Part shown: positions 34,100 to 54,805 of the stretch, piece after piece | Layout: each line of letters opens with the position of its first letter | Numbering within the stretch: the stretch's first letter is position 1 | NCBI RefSeq assembly: GCF_009914755.1 | Contig: NC_060939.1 | Source: the human T2T-CHM13v2.0 reference genome, Homo sapiens | Reading direction: 5' to 3' (one strand) | DNA length: 64,000 bases | Notes under the pieces: generated by a model | Seen by the model: the letters and a program-made list of their open reading frames with translations, nothing else | Database searches by the model: none | What the model was told of the DNA's origin: nothing | Position numbers and translations under genes: made by a program

Positions 34100-35495
34100 G
34101 TAACAGGTTTGTTTGTTTCTGTCATTCTTTTATCCTCACACTCCTATCCTGTGTTCCCATTTCCCTTTGGGGAGTGTATAATGACACTTAAAATTGTCTC
34201 TGTGTGTAGAGATGTTCACAACCAGGAGGCTCTTCCCAGAACAATAGTGTTCACAGGGTAAGGGGTGGTGACTAAGATTTAGTCTCTTCTCACTAGTAAT
34301 GAAGCTGGAATCTGTTCTGGACATAATAATATTAGGCAGTAAGCCCAAGGAAGTTACTCTATATTTTGTTTAGAGCTTCTAAATTTGGAAGAAAGGGTTC
34401 TTACCTGCATTGTCCTCTCCTCAGGTTTGATAGATATAAGGATGAATATAGTGTAAAAGGTTCATAAAAACATTTTTTTCTAGTTTTGCATACTTATAAG
34501 GTAGCCCCTCAAAAGACTGTTTTGAATCTGCTATGAATAACTAGGTGCTGTAGATTCCCCTAAAAGCTATTGTAAATTGTAATAACATTTCATGTTGTAA
34601 GTTACTATGAAATACCTAGAATATTACTAGTAAATGTCCCTAAAAAAGGCTTTTTTTTTCTGGGGTAAAAAGGTCTTTAGAGCCTTCTATTTATCCTGTT
34701 AATAGCAGGACCAAGTTAATTGAACATAAAGGAAGAAATTTAAATTTAACATTCTCCTGAGCTTCATGGAACTCTCCTGGAGACACTTACTTCTGGTCTT
34801 CAGGGTACCCTGAGCTCCATGATTTTTCAGTGTCAGGCTTGAATCATGAGACTAGCCTCTAGATTTTGGCCCTTTTCTTCAATTCTCCAGATCCTCTGAG
34901 AACAGAGCTCAGTGAGATGCTCTTAGATAAAGGAAAACCTCTCCTGACTTTAAGGGTTAACACTGTAATGGATTTCTAAGGGAGACTGTGAATTCCGCCT
35001 GGCTTAAGCATGATATTGATGTGATTTAAGATCTCATTTCCAAGATCTTTCTGACACTGTAGAATTAATATTCTGTGTTTAATCAAAACTTACCTTCTCT
35101 GTCTTTGAGGTATCTTCTCTAGCAAGCTTTCTACATCCACTTGTCTTATTAAAATGACTCCAAGAATAAAATAAAATAAAGTGAAAGAATAAAATAAAAT
35201 GGGTCTATCTTGGGCATGTTCTTCCAGGATGATGACGCTCTAGTCTTCATTTCCCTTTTCACTTGAATTTTTGCTTCTATTGCTTAAAAAAAAAAAGTTT
35301 CAGTGTAGTTTAGTATGAAGCTACACTCCGTTTTATGCTCAGATATCAGCACCTAGAGTGCTGCTTCTGCCCTCTTTGGACTATTCTCTTCACGATACTG
35401 GACTAAATATGTGTGTTTTATGATTCTTGTCGGTGAACCTCAGCACTAACATTTCTTGTATTCTGTATGGATCCTTAAGAATCCACCATGTGTAA

Positions 35496-35992
<497 letters not shown>

Positions 35993-36249
35993 TGTTTCTT
36001 TTCCTTTCCTCCTACTCTCATATTTATAGGTCCTCTGATAGAACCTAATATTGTAAACCGGATTTACACACAATCCGTTAAGCTATACACCTAGAATGGG
36101 TAGAAGCATTTTATAAAGACTAATCAAAATATCTTCTGCTTATATTTATTTTTAACATTTTAAAACGCTTTCACATCGGTGTGATCAGTATGGACATTTA
36201 AAACAAAAGGTTGAAAAGAAAATAAGCATTAAAATGAAATATTAGAAGA

Positions 36250-43290
<7,041 letters not shown>

Positions 43291-43297
43291 AATTTCT

Positions 43298-43625
43298 GGT
43301 CGGTGCAGTGGCTCATGCCTGTAATCCCATCACTTTGGGAGGCCGAGGCAGGCAGATCACCTGAGGTCAGGAGTTCAAGACCAGCCTGGCCAACATGGTG
43401 AAACCCTGTCTCTGCTAAAAATACAAAATTAGCCAGGCCTGGTGGTGCATGCCTGTAATCTCAGCTACTTGGGAGGCCGAGGCAGGAGAATCACTTGAAC
43501 TTGGGAGGCCAGAGGTTGCAGTGGGCCGAGATCGTGCCATTGCACTCCAGCCTGGGTAACAAGAGCAAAACTCCGGCTCAAAAAAAAAACAGACAAACAA
43601 AAAAAAAAAAACAAGAAACAAAAAT
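43298..43625 (+). mobile_element. AluS
   Basis: Alu consensus, TSD attaacaatttct. Confidence 0.9.
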
Positions 43626-44171
43626 TAACAATTTCTAAAACAAAATAACAAAACCGACATTGAATCGGGGTTGGGGGCAGAGTAGTTTCTTCTTGGGGGC
43701 TGGATGGCGCTAAATAGAACTTACAGGGCAGAGTTTCTACCCTGGCAAGTTAAGGTGCTGTGACTGAGGTTAGGAAGAGACCATCAGAGGCCACCCACAT
43801 GCTGTGGCTCTCTGCTAATAAGAGTCAGAGCCCCCTGGGAGGGAGTTGAGCATTTGCGTGGTAAATTGTACTGAAATTTCCTGATGCCACTGAAAGTTGT
43901 GCTCAGCAAACTTCATGGAAGTTTATGTACTTAGTCTGTAAGTTCTGCTGGTGTTTTTTGTTTTGTTTTTTTTTTTTGAAGTGATGATCCAGGGCCCTAT
44001 TGATTTTATCTGTCAGATATTGAGAGCTCACCTGGTTTACATCACATTAGAATACAGATTTGTTGAGTGAATTGGATAAAAATCCAAAATATCACCTTGG
44101 TTAGAAGAGTTCTAAGGGGAAAACAATACAAATCGTTCCAAATGACAGGCTTTAAATGTTTTCTCCTCTAG

Positions 44172-44239
44172 GCAATCCTGGAGAACAACCTCCCTTCTGA
44201 AATGGCTAGCAAGATCAACCTTGTGGACCTAGCAGGCAG
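44172..44239 (+). CDS. STARD9: STARD9 exon ~10 (68 nt), switch II: AILENNLPSEMASKINLVDLAG(S)
   Basis: ctctag|GCA, CAG|gtaatt; LVDLAGS motif. Confidence 0.97.
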
Positions 44240-44393
44240 GTAATTAGGATTTTAAAGCTAAGGGGAATTACTCTTGTTCTTGCCTGTTTTACAGGGAATA
44301 AGCTGTTCCAATCTTTTTCACATTTCAGTCATCCTGAGAGTATTACAAAAGAAATAAGCTCTTTGAATGCTAGGTTAAGAAGTTATTTTCTAG

Positions 44394-44912
<519 letters not shown>

Positions 44913-45807
44913 TCTCAGTGAAGGTAACTGAATTAGTACAACTTTTCTCTTTGATTTAATATTGATTTTATTTTTTCTTTAATATTGATTTTTATGCAGT
45001 TCTTTACTTAAAAAAAAAGTTTTACTTTGTGGTGCACATCTGTAGTCCCAGCTATTCAGGAGGCTGAGGTGGGAGGATCACTTGAGCCCAGGAGTTTGAA
45101 GCCATCCTGGGCAACATAACAACATAGCTCAACCCTATCTCTAAAGAAAAAAAGTTTAAAAAATCTTGAAAGGTTGAGAAGATACTGCCTTGTAGGTATT
45201 AGAAGGGAGCATGAATTATAGTTACATATGTATTTAGAAAGAGGTAGTCTTGAGGGGGATAATGTGATCACAAGAAAGGGTAAGATGAAATAAGGCAAAT
45301 TTTCTTATTTTAAAACATAATATGGTACAGTATTCCCTTAAGAACTAAGTGCTGTTTGAAAGGAACTATTATCAGCCAATTGGAAGTGTGAATTTTTAAT
45401 ATTTCCCATTTACTTAAAAAAGAAATTCAAACTGTTGTCAGCTAACGGCACAAATACCATAAAACTATAAATATAGGAATTTAAAACAATAGAGAAGTGA
45501 ATATACCAAAAAGCCGTGCTAATATCATTACTGTAAATGAGCATTACATTTAGCATAAAGTGTTCTGACAGTCAAAATAAAAACAGAAACATAATGAGTT
45601 ATTTGATTTTTATTGCCTGAGAAGCAGAAAAAGTCCAGTTCATTACAAAATGGTAACATTTTCTTCTGGAACTGAATTCTAAAAGGAATTTATTATGTGA
45701 GTCCTTTACAGCATGATATACAGAATAACGGATAGTATTTTTCAACAGCATTGTAAAGATAGTGTCTTATTTGCTTTTGTTTTTGTTTTTCATTGACTGT
45801 GTTTTAG

Positions 45808-45905
45808 CGAAAGAGCAGATCCCAGTTACTGTAAGGACCGCATTGCTGAAGGAGCCAATATCAACAAGTCCCTTGTGACTCTAGGAATTGTCATCTCCAC
45901 CTTAG
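45808..45905 (+). CDS. STARD9: STARD9 exon ~11 (98 nt): ERADPSYCKDRIAEGANINKSLVTLGIVISTL(A)
   Basis: ttttag|C, TAG|gtattt; EGANINKSL motif. Confidence 0.97.
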
Positions 45906-46294
45906 GTATTTTCTGATAGATAATGGGAGTGGGAGGGAGAGTTCGGAAAATAACTCATGTTTTCATTTTGTCGCAATAGGGTAGACACAGGGTTCCTTTT
46001 GATAAGGTTACCTTCTGGTTTGGGGCATGAAAAGTTGATATTTGTCCTTGGTTTTAGAGTAGAATGCTGTCCTACTACCATCATTTCTCAAAGAGGGGAG
46101 TCTAAAAAATTATGTGACTCAAACATTCCATATCGTGAGTCTAAAGTCTTTAGGAATACCTAAAATATCCTATTGTATGCAGAAGGGATTAGGAAATATG
46201 ATACTTAAGTCTGTGTTCTCCAACCATTGTTTTGTTTTAATATATTTGCTTCATAATTCCTTCTTTCTTCCATTTTCTTTTTTCATCTTTTAAG

Positions 46295-46504
46295 CCCAGA
46301 ACTCCCAAGTTTTCAGCAGCTGCCAGAGCCTCAACAGCTCAGTCAGCAATGGTGGTGACAGTGGGATCCTTAGCTCTCCTTCTGGGACCAGCAGTGGAGG
46401 GGCACCCTCCCGAAGGCAGTCTTATATCCCATACCGAGACTCTGTGTTGACCTGGCTGCTGAAGGACAGCCTTGGAGGCAACTCTAAAACCATCATGGTT
46501 GCCA
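46295..46504 (+). CDS. STARD9: STARD9 exon ~12 (210 nt): Ser/Gly-rich loop-12 insert plus [26 protein letters not shown]
   Basis: tttaag|CC, CCA|gtgagt; [12 protein letters not shown] motif. Confidence 0.97.
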
Positions 46505-46711
46505 GTGAGTGGGATGCCAGAGCTGGACCTGTGTTGGGACTGGTACTCTATCTCAGAGAAAGGGCCATGGCCCCAGTGAGTGGGATGCCAGAGCTGGATC
46601 TGTGTTGGGACTGGTACTCTATCTCAGAGAAAGGGCCATGGCCCCAGTGAGTGGGATGCCAGAGCTGGATCTGTGTTGGGACTGGTACTCTATCTCAGAG
46701 AAAGGGCCATG
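46502..46711 (+). repeat. 71-bp tandem repeat, ~3 copies, each beginning with the exon-12 donor CCA|GTGAGT
   Basis: GT at 46505, 46576, 46647 (period 71). Copy 1 differs from copies 2/3 by one C/T at 46528. Confidence 0.97.
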
Positions 46712-46833
46712 ACCACCTAGGTTTCTCATTTCATCAGGGGTCTTATACAGCATGGGCAGTAGTAACAAGGCAAGTGATTAAGAGCTGGGATGGATGGGCT
46801 GGCATGTTTTTAAACTTTCTCCTTCTACCTCAG

Positions 46834-46931
46834 CGGTGTCTCCTGCACACACTAGCTACAGTGAGACCATGAGCACACTGAGATATGCATCCAGTGCCAA
46901 AAACATTATCAACAAGCCACGAGTAAATGAG
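46834..46931 (+). CDS. STARD9: STARD9 exon ~13 (98 nt): (T)VSPAHTSYSETMSTLRYASSAKNIINKPRVNE
   Basis: cctcag|CG, GAG|gtgaga; ETxSTLRYA, neck linker. Confidence 0.97.
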
Positions 46932-47212
46932 GTGAGACCTTTTCAGAAGTCCTGGTCTGGTATAGTTTACACAAAGCTTTCCTTATTTTTTTTTCTCTCG
47001 TGATTTCTTTCTCTTTGTACTCACCTCAACTTTCCAGACTTGTCCTCCAGATGATGAGGGAGTAGAATTCTTTCTTGTACTGTCATCTCCTTCTTTCCTA
47101 TCTCTACTGCCTTCATTCAGTAACCTTTTATGAATGACTTATTTCAGATACTTCTCTAAGGCCATTCCTCTTAAGATTTCTTAGTTTACCATTACTACTC
47201 TAAGAAAGGTCA

Positions 47213-47680
47213 TTTATTTTTTATTTTATTATTTTATTTTTAGAGACAGGGTCTCACTCTGTCACCCAGGCTGGAGCGCAGTGGTGCAATAATGGCTCAC
47301 TCTAAGAAAGTTCATTTAAAAAGTTTGTGTTTACTGCTTTTATTTTGAATTTATGTTGATTTATTCCTGTGTTTTTGTATTTGTTTGCCTGTTTTGAGAA
47401 GGGGTCTTGCTCTGTTGCCCAGGCTGGAGTGCAGCAGCACTATTGTGGCTCACTGCAGCTTCAACCTCCAGGGCTTAAGTGATTCTCCCACCTCAGCCTT
47501 CTGAGTAGCTGGAACCACAGGTGCCTGCCACCATGTTAGGCTGGTTTTCAAAAAAATTTTTGTAGAAACAAGGTCCCACAATATTGCCCAGGCTGGTCTC
47601 AAACTCCTGGACTCAAATGATCCTCCTACCTCAGCCTCCCAAAGTGCTGGGGTTACAGGTGTGGGCCAAAGTGCCCAGTC
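47213..47680 (-). mobile_element. Heavily 5'-truncated Alu (to ~47298) and AluJ (~47375-47680)
   Basis: TSD actctaagaaag[g/t]tcattta around the fragment. Confidence 0.85.
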
Positions 47681-47801
47681 TTATGCCTGTGTTTTTTTAT
47701 GCAAGTAGTCTGTGTTTTATTTTTCTCTATGCAAATTGCAGTGACTTCTCTGTTTAGATTAAAAGGAGAGTGTATGAATTCATTGGTTTTTGTTTATCCT
47801 T

Positions 47802-47803
<2 letters not shown>

Positions 47804-47839
<36 letters not shown>
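47804..47839 (+). repeat. (AC)n microsatellite, ~18 units
   Basis: direct reading. Confidence 0.95.
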
Positions 47840-47841
<2 letters not shown>

Positions 47842-47967
47842 CATACGTACACTGTTTTAAAAAGGCAATGTAATTAGGCAGTATAGGCTTAGTCACAATA
47901 CAGGAAGGTTAGTACCTACTACCTATACATGCCCTGGCTTTTGTGTTACCTGCTTGACCTCTAGGGA

Positions 47968-48153
47968 AATGATTCTCAAACTTTAGTGTGTATCCGAATC
48001 ACCTGGAGGGTTTGTTAGAATGCTGCTGGGCCCCAGTCCTTCAGAGTTTCTGATTTATTTGGTCTGGGGTGGGCCAAACTGTGCGTTTCTAACAAGTTCT
48101 TAGGTGAAGTGGGTGCTGCGGGTCCTGGGACCACAACTTGAGAATGACTGCTG
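47968..48153. mobile_element. MER5A-like element
   Basis: gattctcaaacttt...gaatcacctggaggg...tctaacaagttc...ttgagaatgactg. Confidence 0.8.
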
Positions 48154-48266
48154 TAGAGACTACTCCAAAGGAGTAATCTACCTCTTCCCAGCCAATTGCA
48201 ACTAGCATTTCACAGCTGAGTGGGACTTGATAACAATCAGTGGTGATGGAGTTCTCTGTGTTTCAG

Positions 48267-48344
48267 GATGCAAACTTAAAACTGATTAGAGAACTCAGAG
48301 AAGAGACTGAAAGACTGAAAGCCCTGCTGCTGAGCTTTGAACTG
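48267..48344 (+). CDS. STARD9: STARD9 exon ~14 (78 nt), neck coil: DANLKLIRELREETERLKALLLSFEL
   Basis: tttcag|GAT, CTG|gtatgc; LIREL neck-coil motif. Confidence 0.95.
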
Positions 48345-48799
48345 GTATGCAGACAGTCAGAACCTTTCCGTACTTAAGTGAAATTCTCCTTCTGAGCCTC
48401 TTTTCTTCTCCATAGAGTCTGGGCCCTGCTGCATTCTATGTTCTCAATTGACTCTCTTACGGCAGAGACAGGAGCAAAGACAAAACAGAGATTTCTCTGA
48501 TTTCTCAGTGTAGCTTCAGATGGTGTGGGCATTTTTTCACTTTATCATCTCTTGTCTTGTGCCTGGATGGTCCTTGCCCTGTGTGGGCAGGTACGGAGAA
48601 TGGGGCCCTCCAGGAAAATTTCTTTGTATTTTCCATCTTTGTACCAATATGAGCCCAAATACTTAGGCTCCTGATTTCTTATTTTAATAATAAAGTTTTT
48701 CCTTTATCTGCATCTTATCCTCCTCCACAAGTGTAAGGGTGGGACCTACCTGAAGTTCAGACCAGGAAAATATCAAAGCACATCTCTATCTTTGTGCAG

Positions 48800-48862
48800 A
48801 GAAACTTCAGTTCATTGAGTGATGAAAACCTGAAGGAGCTGGTTCTCCAAAATGAATTGAAG
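48800..48862 (+). CDS. STARD9: STARD9 exon ~15 (63 nt): RNFSSLSDENLKELVLQNELK
   Basis: gtgcag|AGA, AAG|gtgggt; phase 0/0. Confidence 0.93.
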
Positions 48863-49134
48863 GTGGGTGTGTTGGGTGGACTCAGTTGTTCTTTACATCA
48901 CCTGGGAGCTCCTCCATTATTCCGGAGCTAGGTAGGGTTGCTCCCTTGGCAGGGCAGAGAAGAGCTGTCTCATTTAAATACAATGTTTGTTTCCTTTAAG
49001 CCTTGACCGGGGGATGTGTTTGCCTAGGGGGACTGTTAATGGCTTTCTGACTTTCTGTATTGTTCTCTCAGGGATTCGTAAGTCCTTTGGATAGTGAGAG
49101 TAGCCTGGGGGCAAAAGACTGTTTTCTTGTCTAA

Positions 49135-49819
49135 ATCAGTCAACCAAGATGTATTCATTGTTTGAGGATCAAATAGGTGCTCAGCATGATGCTGCAAGAG
49201 GTACAGAGAGGTCCCTGCCCTCATATGGTTTGCAGTCTAGTTGGAAACACATTTAGAGAATGGTGTGTTTCATGAACCATGTGATTTAGCTGAAAGAGTC
49301 TAGGGAAGGAAGAAATCATTATGGTTTGGGATTTTCAGAGCAGATATCATATGTTGGTGCTGGAAGGCAGAGAACTGACCTTGAACTAGCCCTTGAAGGT
49401 TTGCTAGGGTTGTTACATAGGGAGAAGGGGTAAGGCATTGGGTGAGGGAGGGATAACATAAGCAAAGCCTTGAAACTGGGAGAAGGAAGGGGTGTGAGAG
49501 GCCATGTGGAAGCACACACCGTGAGGAAGACTAAGCTGGTTAGAATGGGTGTTCATGGTAGAGGGTAGTGCAGGTAAGGTTAGGGCACATTTAGAAGGTT
49601 TGAACTTGGTGTAAACAGGATTAATAGCTTCTTGAATCAGGTTGGTGACATAATAAAGGAGTATCTTTGGAAAATTAATATGATAGTTGTATGCAGGATG
49701 AATTGAAAGGTGGGAAGACTGGAAGCAGGGGACTAACCAGGAAAGAGACTGCTGTAACCCCGTGAGGGCAAGGACAAGACATTTTGGAAAAGTAGAATAA
49801 ATGGTGATTCCCAGAGACA

Positions 49820-49820
<1 letters not shown>
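49135..49820 (-). mobile_element. L2 fragment
   Basis: ggtccctgccctcat...cagtctagt...agccttgaagg...gagactgctg. Confidence 0.65.
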
Positions 49821-50799
<979 letters not shown>

Positions 50800-52171
50800 T
50801 AGATTTAAATCCTACAACCAAACGTTTCAATTTCCAATATTCTGTTGCATCATCCTTATATGTTATTAAAGTATCCTGGCCATGTTAACATTTTGTCACC
50901 CTTAGTAAACCTCAAGACTAAATCACACGTCTAGAAGTTTCTCTAAAAAATTCCTCCTTCAGTCATGTATTCTGATTTTTTGTTCAGAAAATATCATCCC
51001 TCTATACTAAGAGATGAAGTAGTGGAGCCAAAATCATTCCAAACTCATTAGCATTCTTGCATTATGCAGGCCAGCTGAGCTGGACTTGAACCTGCCCCTT
51101 GTTGGCTGTATGATCTTAGGCAGTGTAGGAGTAGGTGGTGAAAGCTGGCCAGAGGGGCAGCTGTGCCAGGTTGGCTGAACTGTAAGCCAGAGTGTCCTGC
51201 CACTCACCAATGCCAGGGGTCCCTATCCAACCCAGCCCTTTACAGGTACCCTGTAGTTTCCTGGTTTCCAAACTTCAACTCAATGATTATTAAAATAATG
51301 TTTCTAGGGTACATAAAGCACTTGTACCTAAACCTGGCATAATTTTTTTTAACTATTCCCTTTATGAGAGAAGCACTTAGCTAAATCTAATTTTTTTTTT
51401 TTTTTCTGAGCTTCCTCAGTTCTTCCATTCCCAGGATAAGCTCAATGCTTAGGCATCGGTTTCCACTAAAAGAAGAAAAAGTACCCTACATTTATCACTG
51501 TGCATGTCCCTAAAGTGGTCTTAGCTTAAGGCCTCTAAGGCTGGGTACATTTACTTTTAAAAACTCTGTTCCTGGTACACAGTAAGAACTCAGTATTCTA
51601 CTGTTATTATTGTTTTTATTGTCTTATTACATGATCTTCCAGACAAGTTCCATATAGTCTTAGTTCCACCTGGGGAGATTCCTCTCAGTGCTTTGTGGTT
51701 CTGTGAGCCGTGTGCAAGCTTATATTATAACTCAAAGTACTGTACTTTGGGAAAGAAGTGTGTAGGTCATAAAAGGGTTCCCAAGTATGGATCATGTAAA
51801 ACTGGGGTGGGGAAAGGGAAATTATAAACATAGATGTCTAACATCCCAATTAATTTTTAAAGAATAACTTGAAAATAACATGTTTTTTTCTAATTATAAA
51901 AACAATACATGTTCATTGCAGAAAACTTTAAAAATAACATTTATTGAGGGGGCTTCTGTTTATACAAGTAACACTTGCTTATTGAAGAAAACTTGGAAAA
52001 CACAGCTTGCAGTTGGAGGAGGTACAAGGGCTTCTGTGGGGCTTTGAATAGTATCTGGGAGGATCATAAGAAAGCAGTACCCTGGGGAAATAGGAATAGA
52101 TTGTAATGACTTCTGACCTTTAGTCTGTTCCCCATGCTGAGTGTCTCAGATCACCTCCTATACCTCTGCAG

Positions 52172-52351
52172 ATAGACCAGCTGACTAAAGACTGGACCCA
52201 GAAGTGGAATGATTGGCAGGCCCTCATGGAGCATTACAGTGTGGACATCAACAGGAGGAGGGCTGGGGTGGTCATCGACTCCAGCCTGCCACACTTGATG
52301 GCCTTGGAGGATGATGTGCTCAGCACAGGTGTTGTGCTCTATCATCTCAAG
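52172..52351 (+). CDS. STARD9: STARD9 exon ~16 (180 nt): IDQLTKDWTQKW...PHLMALEDDVLSTGVVLYHLK
   Basis: ctgcag|ATA, AAG|gtgagg; kinesin-3 pre-FHA PHL..D..LS..LY motif. Confidence 0.96.
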
Positions 52352-52769
52352 GTGAGGAGGCTAGTGTATCCTTTTCTTCCTAAGCCACTGGTTCCAGAGG
52401 TCAAGGAGGGAAAAGCTAGGAGCAGCAGCCATGTTACTGTGAATTGAAATCAAGACAGATGCTACAGAGCTGCCTTCAGGTTTGCTCTCAGGAAACGTCT
52501 ACCTGACAAATTGTGATCTGTTTTGCCTTCGTATGTATAGAGCAGAAGACTGGAAATCAGAACAATTGTTTTTCAACTGCTGCTACTGTTGTTCTTATGT
52601 AACTTACTTTTGTTCTCTTTGCCTTAATTTCCTCATTTTAAAGTAAGAATGATGCTTATCATATTCCTTTTCTGGCTTAGTGAAGCATAGGGGTATAGTC
52701 ATGGAGAGTGAAACCCTAACCTCAAGATAACCATTAGTGCTCCTAAACTCTACAAATACAGACTGCTCA

Positions 52770-53117
<348 letters not shown>

Positions 53118-54301
53118 TCAGAGACTAAAGGGAATTCAGAAGATTTGAAAGTTTTCTTCTGACACTTCCCCACTTCATTCAACCCCAAATAAACAGTACA
53201 CTTCCCACTTCTCCATCACTACATTTACCTGGAAAAGGAGACAGAGAAAGTAGGTAAAGGAAGCTTAAAACATAGGGAGGGTCCAAAGAGCTAGAGTAGT
53301 GTGATGGTGGGGGAAGAGGGGATGACAGGCATCCATCTAGAAAAAGATTAAAGTTAAAGCTTCCAAACAGCACCTGGCCCACCTGGCTCTGTGTCACCTG
53401 GAGGCCAGTCCTCATTTCTGATTGAAGTGGTTTTGAGAGTTAGTGACCTATGGTAGATAGAGTCTTTTATCTTGTTCTCATCAATGTGTTCTACTGTGGG
53501 AGGACAGTTCCTTTTGACAGCAGAACGTACTTCCCATGCTCAAAATCCCTGTGCTCACTGAAAATCTAGTTTTCATTCTCATAATTATCCCCAGCTGACG
53601 TTTAAAAAGAACAAAGAGTTTCTGGGGAGTATGTAATGCTGCTGTTATCCCTGGAGAAATTGGACTCCTTCTTAGTGCTGCAGGGCATATGGAAGTGAGA
53701 TGTTAGCAAAGCTCATCGGTGTTCTTAGGATAAGCCCTTTGGGAAGTTGTCAGAGACTGAGCTGCTCAGACAGAAAATTTAAAGTAGCTTATTTTCTGGT
53801 ATACAGGGTATAAATTTTCTTAGTGAAAGTGCCTGAGGCAGAAGTGGCTGGCAACTTTTACCTTAGCAAGAAAACTAAACACCAAATGGCTGTATAGATC
53901 CTCCCATTAGTCAGAAGCACAGAGAGAGGTTGGAGGTCAGGAAGAGACCAGATTGATTAAAATGGTCACTATTTGAGTAGAACTGATCTGATATATGGAT
54001 TGGATGTAGAGTGAATAGATGAAGCTAGAAATCAAGTAGTAGAGCTTAGGGTCGCAGCAGAGGGTTAAAGGACATGACTATTAGATTGAATCGTAGACAT
54101 GGAGATGAATGATGAACTCATCTGAAGATAGGATTGCTGATTTTTTTTTTTTTTTTTTTTTTTTTGAGACGGAGTCTTGCTGTGTCACCCAGGCTGGAGT
54201 GCAGTGGCGCGATCTTAGCTCACTGCAACCTCAACCTCCTGGGCTCAAGTGATTCTCCTGCCTAAGCCTCCTGCATAGCTGGGATTACAGGCATGCACCA
54301 C

Positions 54302-54805
54302 TGTTGGGAATAATGCTTAAAATTTTAAGGAAATTGAACACTTAAAGGATTTTTAGTAAAGCAATTTTACTTTTGTGCAGAGGGGTGCTTCTCCTTGGCC
54401 AGTTGCCATGAGAACACATCTGAACAAAGGGGCATGAGAGCCTTTATTTCTGACACAAGTCCTGCTCCTGTACCCTTTCTCCTTCCCCATTGGCTGGGGT
54501 TGGGTCGTACATTCTAAACTAATCCTGGTTGGCTAAACATCTGAACCTTTTTGGATAAGGTGGGCACATAAGGGAGAGGGGGGAAGGGGTGTCTGCAATG
54601 AGCTAGAGAGCTAGTTTTTTTTTAAATAAGGAAAGGAATGTGAGCTGGTACTGATAACGCTGGTACTGTGGCATGTCTGGGCATGTAATAAAGGCAGAAA
54701 GGAAGAAAAAAGAGAAAAAGGAAAAAAAGGGGTGGGGGGTTACTATGAATTGAAGAATAAAGGATTGATCAGGCTATTTGAAGAGAAACTTCATCATATC
54801 CCACA
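54302..54805 (-). mobile_element. Solo LTR10-family (HERV-I group, ERV1) LTR, 504 bp
   Basis: Minus strand TGTGGGATATGATGA...CCCAACA; 5-bp TSD accac; minus-strand CCAAT, TATA-like AATAAA, AGTAAA signal. Confidence 0.82.
54669..54688. promoter_or_regulatory. Candidate p53 response element TGGCATGTCT-GGGCATGTAA
   Basis: Two RRRCWWGYYY half-sites, zero spacer, both CATG cores intact, 17/20 match. Confidence 0.6.

Noticed and set aside
46502-46711. Repeat array as a CRISPR-like locus
   Set aside because: Head-to-tail units with no unique spacers, in a primate intron.
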